DNA of 63,971 nucleotides, the filler included, from Reticulomyxa filosa (taxonomy: Eukaryota; Protista; Foraminifera), in the NCBI GenBank assembly GCA_000512085.1. It is 16 parts of 16 records of this genome, joined end to end, with 100 filler letters (N's around TTAATTAATTAA, not from the genome) between each part and the next. Parts side by side here need not be neighbours in the genome. Positions count along the whole stretch, not along the records: positions 38,191 to 41,253 come from ASPP01009842.1; positions 41,354 to 43,380 come from ASPP01039156.1; positions 43,481 to 44,544 come from ASPP01025638.1; positions 44,645 to 48,495 come from ASPP01022936.1; positions 48,596 to 52,400 come from ASPP01039985.1; 11 more parts are not named here. One strand, 5' to 3'. Below, piece by piece: positions 38,275-52,009 of this stretch (positions within the stretch are counted from its first letter, which is position 1; the number at the start of each line of letters is the position of its first letter). The translations under genes and the position numbers were made by a program. A model generated the notes under the pieces. It saw only the letters and a list, made by a program, of their open reading frames with translations, made no database searches and was not told where the DNA came from.

Positions 38275-41190
38275 GTGCATTGAGTGGGATACTGGCCCAA
38301 AAAGAAAAAAATGAAACCAATGAGACGGCTGCTCAAATCCCGGACATTGACTTTGGTCGAGCTCAAAAAGAAATGAAAGCCCTGAAAAAAACCGAGTATT
38401 TGGAGCGGTTGTTTGACAAAAAACAACGAAAGGAAAAACAGTCTGTCCAAGACGACGCCAATTGGCTGTTGAAACACATTGCCATTCCAAAGTTGCTTCA
38501 TTTGACTGTCGATTTGACTCAGTACTTTGCTGATTTGACCCTATTTGTTGAACCCAGCAGCTTATACTCACTGGTAACATTTGTGTGTGTTTTCATATAA
38601 TAACAACATTCTCTTGATTTGACTTGTCCTAATTATAAAAAGAGAGAGGCACCGAAACTGCTGGAAAAAATGGAAAAAAAAACTCACGCGATGGTACTTG
38701 AAACATAAACATTGGCATGCACGTGCGTCTCTGCAAGAAGACGTTGAAATGATATGCGGTGCAGTCATCAGCGGGGCACAACATTACGCGTCGAAAAAGA
38801 TCCCCGTGGCAAGGAAACAACGAGCACTATCGACTCTGCTGCAACACATGAAGACAGTAGGCGTATCGCTGCAACCTCCTGGAGACATCACCGAACACGA
38901 GTCCCATTACTTGTTCCAACAACCGGTGTTGGACCACAAACTGGTCATGCACGTGTGGGACCTCAAAGAAGTCAACGACTTATTTTCGATTTTGGACTCT
39001 GACACACTATTGAAACTGCCAAAGCCAAAGCAAAAAAAAAGTGTCTCTGCTTATTTGCAGTGGCTGGAACAATGCAGTGAAAAATCCCAGTGTTATTTCT
39101 ATGAATCCATTCATAGAATGTGTCGTATTCGAATGCGAAGACAAGAGGTATACACAATACATATACACATATATATACATTATATATATGTATATATATA
39201 TATATATGCATATATGTGTATCAGTTGAAACAATTTCTTTTACCTTATATTCAAACTATGTTTTGAAATATAAAATAAAATAAAAATAGCCTCACGTAGA
39301 TATTCGACATGAGGCAAATCGCTGCTATGGTGTGACAGAGAATTTATTGGGCTATATCACTCGTCAACGAACTGGCTTGAGCGCCTTGTTGCAACAGGTA
39401 AATACTTTGAAGCAATGGCACAAAAACATCCAATTTGAATTGACGACCAGTCTGGCACTGCTATCCTCCGAACAATTGAATGCGTGGAGTGGATACAATC
39501 AAAACGGAGCGTCCGAAATCACATGGAAAAGATGTTTTGGCAAGTCAGAGACAATGTCGACGTGACATTGCGATGTGTGAACAGTCTAGAGTCTGTGTAT
39601 TCCAAAATCATTCAGATTTGCGATGAAAAGAACGCAAAAGGCGCACACAAAGGACAAAGCGAAAGCAAACCCAACAAAAAGAAAGCCAATACGTTAACTT
39701 CACAGATTTTCAGTGCAGAGGAAATGGCCCAATTTGATTCGATAATTCCGGACTTTGTTCTTGAAGACAGCAGCGAAGACAAAGTGGAGACAGATTTCGA
39801 GGCGTGGATCGGCACCAAAACGTATTTGATCTCTCAATTCCGCGATGCACTCAAGCGATTATTGCAATTCAAAAGCGACCTGAAACTCAAGTGTTTCACC
39901 AAACTGCAAAGCATTATCGATCAAAAAATTGGCCAACAGCATTTTGATAGCGTGGACATTGAAAACTATCAACCTTTTTATTGGCTACATACCGGATCGG
40001 AGCTGCGTCATGTGTCCACAGAAATCCAAAAAATTATTGAGCAAATTACCCAGTTGCCCTTCTATCGCCATTTGAATGTCGATTTGTTGGATCTGATCAC
40101 CGAATCGACTGTCTCCGAAAAAGCTAACCCGGAAAACACGTCGAAGTCGACGGAATGGAAACATGAGTTTACGCGTTTGTGTGACCAAACCATTACCAAA
40201 ATGTTGATTTGTGTGCAAGATGCAATCAAAGTGGTGCAGCTGCCCGAATTTGTTACGTTTTATTCTTCTGTCCAACTTTGCTTCTTTGTTTTTGCAACAC
40301 ATATAATATATTTATATATATATATATATATATATACATATGTGTATATATGTGATATGATACAAACAAATAATAGACTAAGATGACCAACTTGGAAGCC
40401 AATGAAGAGTCGGTGAAGCTACAACAACAATCAATGATAATGAGTATGCAAGCTTACAATGGCAAAGATATCTCACAAGCCTTCAAAGCCTTGACAGCCT
40501 TTATTACATCGACCATTCCAATCCATCAACTCGCTTACAACGATCGCATGCTGATTGACAGCTCTTTGAAGAATCTGTGCTTGATGCTTCGCTATGTTAT
40601 ATTTTTGGGACAATTTGTATTCTTCCACAATTTACAGTTTTGCTTTTCTCTTAATTCATTGTCTATCCCCTCCTCATTTGAACATGACCCATTTGAATTT
40701 GATAGAACACATAAATCGTTTTGCAAGTTGGAATATGTGCTGACCTCGCTGTTCAACGGGTTATTGGTGAAAGGATTTTGTCGTCCTCCTGATGAAAGCG
40801 AAGACAACGCCGCGAACGACGCAAATCAACAAACTGAATTGCGCGACGGAGTGGGCATGGCCGAGGGCGAGGGAATAGAAGACGTGAGTGACGAAATAAA
40901 ATTTGAGTCGCAAATCGAAGGGCTGCAAAAGCAAAAGCCAGACCCATTTAAACAATTCCAAAAAAACGAAAAGAAGGAAGAAAAGGAGGAGAAAGAGCGC
41001 AAAATATCTCACGACGATGACACCGGTATTGAAATGAACGACGATTTCGAAGGGGAGATGTTCGACGTGGAGAAACCCCCTGAGGGAGAGGAGGCAGATC
41101 AAAAAAAGAAGAAAAAAAACAAAAAGATGAAGAAAGTGAAGATGAATCTGGGGAAATGATGGATCGAGAAATGGATGAAAAGCCATTTGA
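38275..41190 (+). CDS. MDN1: Midasin (Rea1/MDN1) internal fragment, multi-exon
   Basis: LFNGLLVKGFCRPP...DGVGMAEGEGIEDVSDEIKFESQIEGL and GIEMNDDFEGEMFDV mark the midasin linker / acidic-tail boundary. KQRALSTLLQHMKTVGVS lies upstream. Confidence 0.88.
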
Positions 41191-43480
41191 TAATTCCAAT
41201 GTTAACTTACATATACACATATATACATATGTACATATATACATATATATATANNNNNNNNNNNNNNNNNNNNNNNNNNNNNNNNNNNNNNNNNNNNTTA
41301 ATTAATTAANNNNNNNNNNNNNNNNNNNNNNNNNNNNNNNNNNNNNNNNNNNNAAACCACATAGGCAAAAGTGAAGACATTGATAAATAAGTGATCACAA
41401 CAACCACTTTGTTCAATGGATGTGTTATTACTGTCTCGGAACCAAATGGATAGCGCTAAAAAAATAAAAATAAAAAAAATTAAACAAATTGATTTAGATG
41501 GAGAATGAGCAATCAAAGAGACAGATGCCAGTGAACATGCAAATCCAATTACTTTCAAACGTGCAAACTGCGTAATATATTGTATAGAATTATTCAGAAA
41601 TGATCGCCAATATCAAATCATTAAAGATAAGTACTATTTCTCTTTTTCTACATAGATAGCATGTTACCATTTCGTTGCGCACGTAATCTATGTAAAATGA
41701 TATACGTACTTTTAATGGGCAGTATTCATTGTAAGTATTATATATGTGTTTATTTTTATTGATTTGAGTAAAATATTTGAAAGATAAGAATGGAAGTTTG
41801 AAACATTGGTTTGGTTTGAATAGTAATAGCAAATGTTTATATAGTTATTTAAAAGAATATGCAAATTGTATGTATTTTTTTGTTATGAACGATCAGGGGC
41901 CATTCTGCAATCTCAAAAATGCATCACGTATGAAATTTTATCTGAATAGGAAAATGCTGAAGCTAAGAAGATAATTATTATTATCATTATTAATTTAATT
42001 TAAAAATTAATTATAATTAAATATAATCAAAATTTAAGAAAAATAAAAAAAATAAAAATGGGATGCAGCAATGAGGAACCATGAATCTTGGACTATTCGA
42101 ATATGTATCAACTATTCAAATAAACAAAGCCGTAAGTGTGATGATTTGATGAAATGGAAACAACATAAAGAAAAAAATGAAGTTGGAAAAGAGATATACA
42201 AAACTGGGACAATCGTAGCATCGCGCCGTGACGGCCGTAAGTGTTCGTGTTGTTGTTGGCCACTATGGAAGATCGCAAGCGATCCCACAACGCAAGTGGT
42301 TGCTTGCAGACCATCCATTAATCAAACAAATTGTAGACCACTGAATAGTGGGATGCAATGCACCCCTAGCGCGTCAATACCTATCGACACAAGCCACATG
42401 GCTGGTCATAGATAAGCCGCGTCGAGTCGTCGACATCAATTTGTCCACACTAGTGGACGATTCTCCTTGCAGGACTGGTGGCACAGACGACTCCTGATGA
42501 TGCAATTCTTGCATCAAATGACCGGTCTACGGCGTGCAGACAACACGTGAGAATTGAGGAGCACACTTATACGATCAGGAACCAGGAACCAGGAATCACG
42601 AACCAGGAATAACATCACATATCCGCTATAACCATTGATAACGGCAGGCAGAATATCAATGTCCAATCAGTCCAATGAAAAAAAAGCAACAACAAAAAAA
42701 AAAAAAGGATTGAACGCTACACTAGCAAGCAACAGAAATGGTGATCCCCCCCCACTCGTCATTAACAAGACAGCACGAAAAAAGATTTTTAAAATAAAGG
42801 TAAGTGAAAAAAGTAAATTGAAACAAACGTGACAAAAAAATTGCAACAAGTGCAATTGAGCAACAGGTGAAAAGGTACAAAGGGGACAACAAGAAGCAAG
42901 GAGGAATAAATAATTGCAAAAGGGAAAAGCAATGATTACAATAAAATAAAAAAAACCAACAGGAATAATCAAAATACGAATGATCGATGCCATGATTCCA
43001 AATAATAATCCGTGCAAATCTATTAACAAACAAACAATTAATCTAGTATAAATATATAATGTAAATATTAATAAATAAAAATAACTTTGAATTTGGCTTA
43101 ATATCGTAAAACGGCCGTCGTCAGCCTGATAATCAGTAGGCGCATTGTTATCGTATAGTCTCTTCGTCCCTCTGTTAACACGGCGCACTGCCAGTAACAC
43201 CAAGGGGGAGACTTTATACCATGTCCATCCACAGATGGACATTGCCATCAGTCCTGCAAGGAATTGCTGTCGGTACTGCTATAATGCAAACCTTCAACGT
43301 GGCCTTGGTTTGCCGCAAGTATCGACGCGCCTGTATCGCACGCGTGTCGCGATCATAAATCGCAATCGTAGTGAGCGCTGNNNNNNNNNNNNNNNNNNNN
43401 NNNNNNNNNNNNNNNNNNNNNNNNTTAATTAATTAANNNNNNNNNNNNNNNNNNNNNNNNNNNNNNNNNNNNNNNNNNNN

Positions 43481-43990
43481 CATTGGAATGTGGTCATGCA
43501 AACGGAGAATCATGGCCGTGGGACCAACTAAGAAAGAAAATGCATCAAAGCCAGCATCAAAGGCTATCTTGGAGTGGAACTGGACGAATGGGATGCCAAC
43601 GCTACGGCGGGACATTCAGAGTACGCAAATACCTTGATGTAAATTCCAACCGATGCACATTTATCCACCGATATCAAGTGATTAAAAATTTGGGCGACAT
43701 AGAAACGATTGGAAAAGACATTTCGCGAGCAAAAATACGAATAAACATGCTGGCATTTGAAATACTCTTTGAAATTCACAGTTCCATCACTTCCATTGAG
43801 TCATCGATGCTGCAATTCCAATCCAATGATTTCGCCGACGTTGAGACTGCCAAATCCAATGAACATCACTTTGCCTGGTGTTTACAAACTTGACTTGACA
43901 CAAGTCGCCGTTATATGGCTTTGGCTGCGCAAAGACATTGGAAAAGTTGTGGACGAATCGAAGGCACGTGGCACAGACGAAAATAACTGA
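43481..43990 (+). pseudogene. Decayed gene fragment with a possible CAP-Gly-like motif
   Basis: One frame reads YLGVELDEWDANATAG (~43561-43610), similar to CAP-Gly GVELD, but it is flanked by stops. Confidence 0.25.
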
Positions 43991-44699
43991 CAACCCGTAG
44001 CGAGTCTGCAACAGCTGCCAGTGGCTGCTTCAAGCTATCAATTTTTTTTGATTAATAAAAGATTTTATGTTTCAAAAAAAATTGAAGGATGTATGGACTT
44101 TTTCCCCGAAACCGTCCAAGTATTTGTTGTGTGAACAACAAAATAATGACCAAAATGCCATACCAAAAAAAGAATAACACAAAATTGGCCAAACTTAAAA
44201 AAATCTGTTTAGTATGTTTAAAATACTATTAATTTTGTTTTTATTTGGTTGTAATTTTTTTTTTTTTTCCATATTTGTTATAGGAGCAATATCTCCTTTG
44301 CCGTATTCTTTTTTTTTTGGAAAACTTCCAGAGGATACTAATCCTTTTTTTGTGAATTGATTTTTATATTATTGTTTTTAAATATCGAGAGAGCATGCTA
44401 TCAACAAAAAAAAAGCAAAACGATATATTTTTTCTATTATCTATTATCACGAAAAAAACGATTCAACATGAAACCGAGAGATGCTCACAACAAATTAACG
44501 AAAGAGCAAAATATTTCATAAAGCAAATCCCTCCAAATATCTGTNNNNNNNNNNNNNNNNNNNNNNNNNNNNNNNNNNNNNNNNNNNNTTAATTAATTAA
44601 NNNNNNNNNNNNNNNNNNNNNNNNNNNNNNNNNNNNNNNNNNNNTTTAACTGGGATAAGATCTCATTCTTGTTAAAAAAAAAAAAAAAAAAAAATTTGT

Positions 44700-47150
44700 T
44701 ATATTCTGTGAACTTTGTTTATTAAGCTTGGAGTTTCCCTTGTTTTATTTCAGCTTTTCTTTTGAGAAAATTTTATTTCTTCTTTTGTGTTTGTTTTTTG
44801 TTTATAACCATTTATTTGTGTTAGTTGTTTGTTGTTTCGTGTTTTTCTTTTGTTTTTTCCGTTCTTTTATTTGTTGAGTTTTTATATGATTATTTGTACA
44901 TGTTATTCGTTTCTTGATTATTTGTATATGTTTTCCGTTCTTGATTATTTGTATATAATTTACATGTTTCCGGTTATTTGTCTTTCTGAGTTTATTCCTC
45001 TAATGATTCTGTATATTCCTTTGTTTGTCCATTTGATTTTTGTGTTTAGTATTTCGTTGATTTCTCATATTCTTCTGTTAAATTGTAGTCTCCTGCTATT
45101 CTTCCCATTCTTTTCTTCTTTCTTCTGTTTGTGCTTTTTTTAGTCTGTATTCCTCCGTGTCCATTTGTATGTATTGGAAGTTTCTTTCTACTGTTTCTTT
45201 GTTATATCCGCATTTTATGAATTCTTTAATTAGATTTATTATTTCTATTTCGTATATTTCTTTATTTGGTGTTAGTCTGATTAATCTGTCTCTGATTGTT
45301 GCATTGCTTGTGTTTTCCATTTCCTTGCACCTGGTGTTTCTGGGTTTGCATATCTTTGTACCATATCTGTTTTGGGTGTGATGTACAATGTAAAGTCATT
45401 TTTTTTTACTTCCTTGTTGGCTTCTTTCATCATTTTCATGCTTTGCCATGGGTTCATCTTCTTATTATCGATACCAAAAATTCTTTAATTAATTCTTCTG
45501 GTCCACTGTATTTTCTTACGTATCTTGCTCAAATACGTGTAGGTTGATCCTATTAAGTTCTTTAATATGACCAATTTCAATTCCATTTTCTGTTTTGGCT
45601 ATGATTGTCAATATCCTACTTCTTTTCATCTCTAGTAATATGCTGGCATCGTATAGCATTATATTTGCTATTTCTCCGATTGCTCTTTTGATGTTATTTT
45701 TGCTTAGTGTTATTATGTTATTAGCCCATACTTCTTCTTTTATACTGGTTTGCGATAGTTCTTCTGTTAGGTCTACGATCGAAATGTTCTTATATCTGGA
45801 ATAAATCTGGTTCTTTTGTTTGTTGGTAAGGCAATCGATTTATGATGCATAAGTTCTTTACTGCTGAAATTATCTTGTTTCTTTCTACATTTATAAATAT
45901 ATAATCTACAATTACTATTTCTTTTATTACTTTCCCGCATTTTCGCATGTTCTGTTTGTTGGCAACTCTCTTTTATCAAACAGGAACACAGATTTCCTTT
46001 AATACTATTCTTCTTGTATGTTGTTCTCATCTTCCCATTTAATGTAGTAGTTTATCATTTCTGCTGTTATTAGTTGTTTTTTATTCATCATACTTTCTAT
46101 CATTCTTGTTGTTAGTATGTTTTCTATGTTTATTAATTCTGTCTTGTTTGTCTGGCATAGGTATCCATTGCTTGTAATTTTTAGTCTAATTTCTGGGATG
46201 TTCTCTGGTCCTGCGCTTTTTCTGCATTTGATGTAGTACTTGAATAATTCATCATCTGCATTCAATGGTTCTTTCAGCCATTGTCTTTCTTTTTCTGTTG
46301 ATCTGTATTTATTATTTCTGTTTTTTCTGCTTCTACTGGACCATGTCTTTATTGCCTATCTATATCTCTGGATTTTCTGGAGTGGATTTTTTCGTCTACT
46401 CTATTTTTATTCTTTAGACTGGTCTCCTTTCTGATTTATCTTGTACTAGAAAATTATTTCGTTGGAGTAGCGCTTTCGTCTCTAATAGACTCAAAGCTCC
46501 AATAATTCTCTAGTTAAGTGGAAATAGTTTTAATGTTTAACAAGCACATTTACACTTCTTTGTGTTCTTTTACACTTAGCAGTAGTTGTTTTATGCATAC
46601 TTTTAGCTTTCTCTTTTAGTAAAAAACGTAAAATTTGCGTATTTTAGCGGTCTCCCTCCACGCTAATTCGCACTAAAGGTAAGAAAAACTGAAACAAAAA
46701 GTAAAGAGTTTTTTCTTTTCCAGTCCTTTGAGTTTCTATTTTTCTTTTTCATTTTGTGTAGCTGATTATTGTAAATCTTCTGGTTTTCTTGAATACGCAT
46801 GTTTCTTTGTTTGTTTCGCATTTGTGACAGCTGCATCCGGCATATCTTATTATAATTTTGTTGATTTCAATGTTTTGGCAGTATCTTTGTAGTTTAATTA
46901 ATTCTTTAATTTTCTTATAATTTTCGTCGGTTAGTATGGAGAATTTTTGTATTTCTATATTTCTTTCTTTGACTTCGCATAGAAGTTTTGGGAATTTTCT
47001 ATATTTAACGTAGTTTTTTTCGTCCATGTTTTTCGTTTCTATTGCTACGATACTACTTTTGGCATTGTTCATACTTATGTATACTACATTTCCATTAATT
47101 TCTCCGTTATCATTCATAATTTCATACTTTTTCTCTACTCTTTTATAGGA
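44700..47150 (-). mobile_element. Decayed Penelope-like element: GIY-YIG-like remnant, UTR with hammerhead, RT remnant
   Basis: Strongly A-rich sense strand with no introns. YEIMNDNGEINGNVVYISM (~47126-47070) is GIY-YIG-like. CRKSAGPENIPEIRLKITSNG, KTENGIEIG and IRDRLIRLTPNKEIYEIEIINLIKEFIKCGY resemble the PLE RT fingers, motif B and thumb. Many stops. Minimal hammerhead at 46445-46514. Confidence 0.6.
46445..46514 (-). ncRNA. Minimal type I hammerhead ribozyme motif (core mutated)
   Basis: Minus strand reads ACUAGAGAAUUAU-UGGAG CUUUGA GUCU-auuag-AGAC GAAA GCGC UA CUCCA-acgaa-AUAAUUUUCUAGU. This gives a long stem I, stem II, GAAA, palindromic stem III AGCGCU and a UH site. CUGANGA is reduced to CUUUGA. 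Confidence 0.7.
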
Positions 47151-47169
47151 ATTCTTTAATCATTAAACT

Positions 47170-47990
47170 GGTACTCTTGACCACACTGTCCTTAATAATG
47201 TACTTTCTAATGTGAGCAATAATGTGTGTCCACGCTATCCGGCTAACTTTCATCGGTGCATCCACGACGATATGTAGATCACCATTATTAGTTCACTGTC
47301 GATATGGTGGATTTCCATAATCATAAATGTACTTCTTCTGGACTGCGTATCATTTTCCACGCCATTTTTGATTCTGTATTCAGAGTTGTTTGTATTTTCA
47401 TTTTATCTTTTGTTGTTGTTTGTTGTTTAATAACCATTATATTTTTTGATTGATTCAAATCTGGTTAGGTATTCCAGAATAACCTTTAATCCAATAGATC
47501 TCTGGTACGTTATCCTCATTAAATGATTTCAATATCTTCTATATCATAATCCCATTTGCTGAATATTGCATTAATCACGAACTTGCAATCAGTCAGGATA
47601 ATCACTCTTCCACAACGGAATCTGTAATGATCGATATACTTCAATGCAATTCTCATTGCTTCAATCTCAGATCCAATGTTGATCGTAATATCATTGATTC
47701 CAACCATTTTGGCATACTTGGATATCGCAAAATATCACATACCAGAATCTGGTTCACTGAAGATTGCAAAAGGTGATTTGTTCGATTGTGGCATATTGCA
47801 ATTTGCATTGGTGGAGTATTTGGATTGTATGTGAATCAGGTTCAACTATCGGTACTCAGCTGCATGGATACATCCGCGGGATAATGTCGATAGTTTACCA
47901 ATCCATGATATATAATTTAGATGTGTCTTTGGTTTTGATTCATTCCAAATCTTGTATGCCAATACAAGATTATGACCATTGAATCGACCT
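47170..47990 (-). mobile_element. Retroelement RNase H remnant (pseudogenised)
   Basis: TINIGSEIEAMRIAL...VIILTDCKFVINAI...PEIYWIKGYSGIP matches RNase HI E, D and WxkgHsGi motifs, with stops and frameshifts. Confidence 0.7.
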
Positions 47991-48595
47991 GACCAACTTC
48001 ACGTCTTCGTCGCCATTCAAGAGTTGAATTCATAAAGAAAAACAATTTGAACAAGCATCTCACCCAAAAATGAGTACAGTACTAAATACACACTGCAATA
48101 CAACAACACTACAAAAAAACAAAAATGAGTGTCTTCAATGTTCTTTTGTCCGTTCGTATCCTAATATCGCTTGAATGAAGTAGTCATTGAAGGTAATCTT
48201 GTAGAAAGACTTGCCTTTCAACAATTTCCACATTGGTCTTTAGCCCGATCATAGATAACAATCTGGTGCTTGTAATGTATTTATAATTGTTTATCAACAA
48301 CATTTTGAGATTGTTGTTTTTTATTTACAATAGTCGCATTGATGAAACCAATACGCAATTTCATTTGCTTGGATAGACTTGTAATATTCCTTTCACAACC
48401 ACTTCTTTCGTCTTGAATCGCTATCTGACACATGACAAATGATGTATTTGCCTAACACTAATTTGTTAGCCTTTGTAATTGTGGACCTATACGTCNNNNN
48501 NNNNNNNNNNNNNNNNNNNNNNNNNNNNNNNNNNNNNNNTTAATTAATTAANNNNNNNNNNNNNNNNNNNNNNNNNNNNNNNNNNNNNNNNNNNN

Positions 48596-51500
48596 AAACA
48601 GCGCCACGATGCCATCCAACAAGCATTAGATAGATCAACCGTATTATCGCTGAAAGTGATCGTAATCGAACAGACAATGCAGACGTTGCCTTCAATGAAG
48701 AAAAGGCAGTTATCATCAATGATACACAAATCAAGTTGGCACATGAAAATATAGCTTGGGAAGAGTCTGTCAAATATTTGCAAAATATTACTTTCACGAA
48801 CATATAATAATACATATGATATTTATTATTATAAATATATTATTTGTATGCTATATGTGTATACAACTGATAATATTAAAAAAAATAATTATTATTTTTT
48901 GATCATAAAAGGTACCAACTCGAGTGGCGTCGTTTGCAATTAGGCTGATTTCGCACCAGTAGTGTCTCAAATATTGGTGGATGAACTGGCGTCGCATGAC
49001 TGATTTGTAAGCACTTACCAGTATCTAAGGTCAACCAAATGCTGCCAGTAGTGTTGATTCAGGTGACAATGCACAACAAGTGCTTGTGGCGAATGCCCAA
49101 CAAAAACATGGGCAAATGGTCAATGTCTTAACGCAGGTTGCACGGGGCGTTGTATGTGTATGTCTCGTGTGTTTTGCGTTTACTTCGTGTGATTGTTGTT
49201 TTTTATTTGTATATGGTATACGTAACCACCAACCTTTTTTTTTTAAATTTGAGTATATAGTGACTATGTAGGTATTGAAACAATAGACAAAAATTACTCA
49301 ATAGAATTGAAAAAGACAACGATTTGAAGAAACGTTGAAAATTCAAGAAGGTGTTGTGATAACTCGAATCTATTGTGGACACAACGTGATTTTGCACAAC
49401 AAGAAATGCAAGGCAGCATTGACTATTTGCAAAAGCTAAGAAATTTGCATAGCAAACAATGCAAAAGTTTGTGGACGTGATGATTCTATAAGCAGTTCAA
49501 TATACAAAAAAAATAAAATTTAATCAAAGATCTATTTGGAAAAATCATCACATAGTCTTGGTTCCGATCGAAGAATTAGTAGCCAGTAAACATACTATCA
49601 AAAATCCGACTAGCAACAGTGCATCCACTGTCAATACTGCACCAATCACTAATGCAACGAAAAACGCAGGACTGCTACCCATTCGATGCAACGAACGACA
49701 CATTGCATCCACTCCCGGATGACACAGATGATGAAGCAAAAGAACAAGCAAAGGTAGAAGCGAAGACGAAAGTGGCCACGATTAAGACTGTCAAAATGGA
49801 AGAAGTAATTAAAACGACATTCCAAGTTTTGTGTGGGATTTTTAGCACTCAAATGCTGTTTTTTTGATTAGTTGATTTTCTAATATTATTTATGATGTGT
49901 TTGTTTGTTTGTCTTGTAATAATGGAACATGTTCAAAAAAAGGTAACAAACAATAAACCAATACCAGAATGGTGGTTAGACTTCGACTTGCAGCGAATGG
50001 CGCATGTACATAGATCGTGATTAGTGACAATTGGAAAGAAACGCGCGAGTCGGAAGCACTGTGCGAAGATGCGATTGTGAATAAGTCGGGCAACCTGAAG
50101 GTAATTGCGACGTACATTGATCGTGTGTTATGCAAGCCAGAAGAAGATATAATGCGACTTTTGTATATTCTGATGAAATTAAACGAAGATGGCAAGCTGG
50201 ACTACATTTTGGTGACAGTACAATAGCAATATTGTGTATCTGCTCGTGTTATTCAATTGCCAAATTTGGAAGATCCCCTTTCATTGGAGGCTCATCAAGT
50301 CGAAGACAATGTTCAACTGATCTTGCAGTTTTGAATACGCCTTCCGAGATAAGATTCAAAGACTGGATGGATCAACAAAAAAATATCAACATATTTTTTG
50401 CTATTGTAAAAGAGTTGTGTGGTCGAAATTTACAGATATACAACATGTCAAGAAACATCCAGGTTCATTAAACAGAAACTTGTTATACAATCTTTTATTT
50501 GTTGTTGTCAGAGTCGTTGATAGCTACTGTCTAAATTCAATCGATTCAACAAATATACGAGATAAATAAACAGAATTGATTCGTTTGGTTGCCGATAACG
50601 AAGACAATGAAGATATTGAAAAATTGACTGTATTCCACGATGGATGAACGGCACCCAAAAACGACCCTTAAATAAACAAATTGAAAACTTTAACACGATT
50701 GCCGAAATTAAAAATGACTTTATGTCGAAATCACCAGTCAAAAAATATGTGGAAAATCCCGATGCGGCCTGTGAGTTTATGATTGATTATACTTTGAACA
50801 AACTCGGAATCAACACTAATATTCAAAAAAAAGACATTCTTAACAATAATCAATTGCTGCAAGTCTCTTTGCCGTTCAAGTGTTTGGTATCAAATTGTGA
50901 TTATCTAAATTGACGAGAATGAACAAAACAGGTTTCAATCTATCCGCTTGTATACATTTAAACTGTTGATAAATGCATGTGCAATTTCATTAATTCGCTA
51001 TTGTCGGCCAGATTGATGATTCACAATTTTAAAAAAATTATAAGCTACTCACTATTTATAATAAAAAAATTGATTGTTGTTACCCAACCATAAAATTTCA
51101 CATTTTCCATAAACAAATAAATAAATACATATATAGAAAATATGGTCGGAACTCGTCGCGCGCAGCAAGACTCAACTCGATACATAAAAGCAGCAACACT
51201 TCGACAATTAGGAGTCCTGCAGTTCTGCTATGATGAGAACTCCGATCAAAGGCAAGATGGCACTGGCGATATGGACGTCAGTAGTGCGATTGCCAGGGCA
51301 GGTGATGTCAGCTCGGTCTGTGTGGTGACATTGCTCGGATATCTGGGAAAGCGACAGCGGGACGTTCACACGAATTGCTCTGCTTACTGACTAGTTTTTA
51401 TATATCATTTACTTTGTCTTTGTGATGAAACGATAAATCATCAAAATCCAGGCATTCCATTCACGATTAATCATAGTGGTGATTGGTACCAAATATGGAC

Positions 51501-51800
51501 GCACGTTCAACGCACAATTTGAATGAACTCAGCAATTCCAACACGTTGGCCTTGGTGATTAAGGGATTTGTGTTGTTTGCGTTGGACGTCGTAGTCATGC
51601 GTGTGCCGTCCAATAGCTTGACAATGTTCAATATCAGCGGATTCACAAATGACAAGTAATTGAGTGATTTGGTTCACATTAGCTGGAGGATGTTCAGTAT
51701 TATTAACAGACAGTCGGGTACAAATGCGAGCTATGCAGACTGCTGGTGTTGTGATTGCTTTGGTCTTTGCTTAACACCGACAGTAACGATTGAATCACAA
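48596..51800. pseudogene. Patchwork of decayed exon-like fragments, unassigned
   Basis: Short coding-like blocks flanked by intron-like TA/poly-T tracts, with frequent in-frame stops. No family recognised. Confidence 0.3.
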
Positions 51801-52009
51801 TGTACGTAGAAGCGTCTTCATTAAAGCTAAAGTTCAGTATTGTGTTTTCGCTGAAAAACCTGAGTTCTATTTCTTAGTACTTGCTTTCACGTTAAATTTC
51901 TTATTCTAATTTCTCACACAGCGCTTCAATATGTATTTATATATACATTAAATAAACAAATAAATAAAAGATTGTGAATTTTCGGAAAATAAAAATAACT
52001 ACTTACTTT

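Noticed and set aside
42576-42610. Short AGGAACC tandem repeat, and a CG-rich near-palindrome at about 43320-43355
   Set aside because: Too short and irregular to support a telomeric, mobile-element or RNA call.
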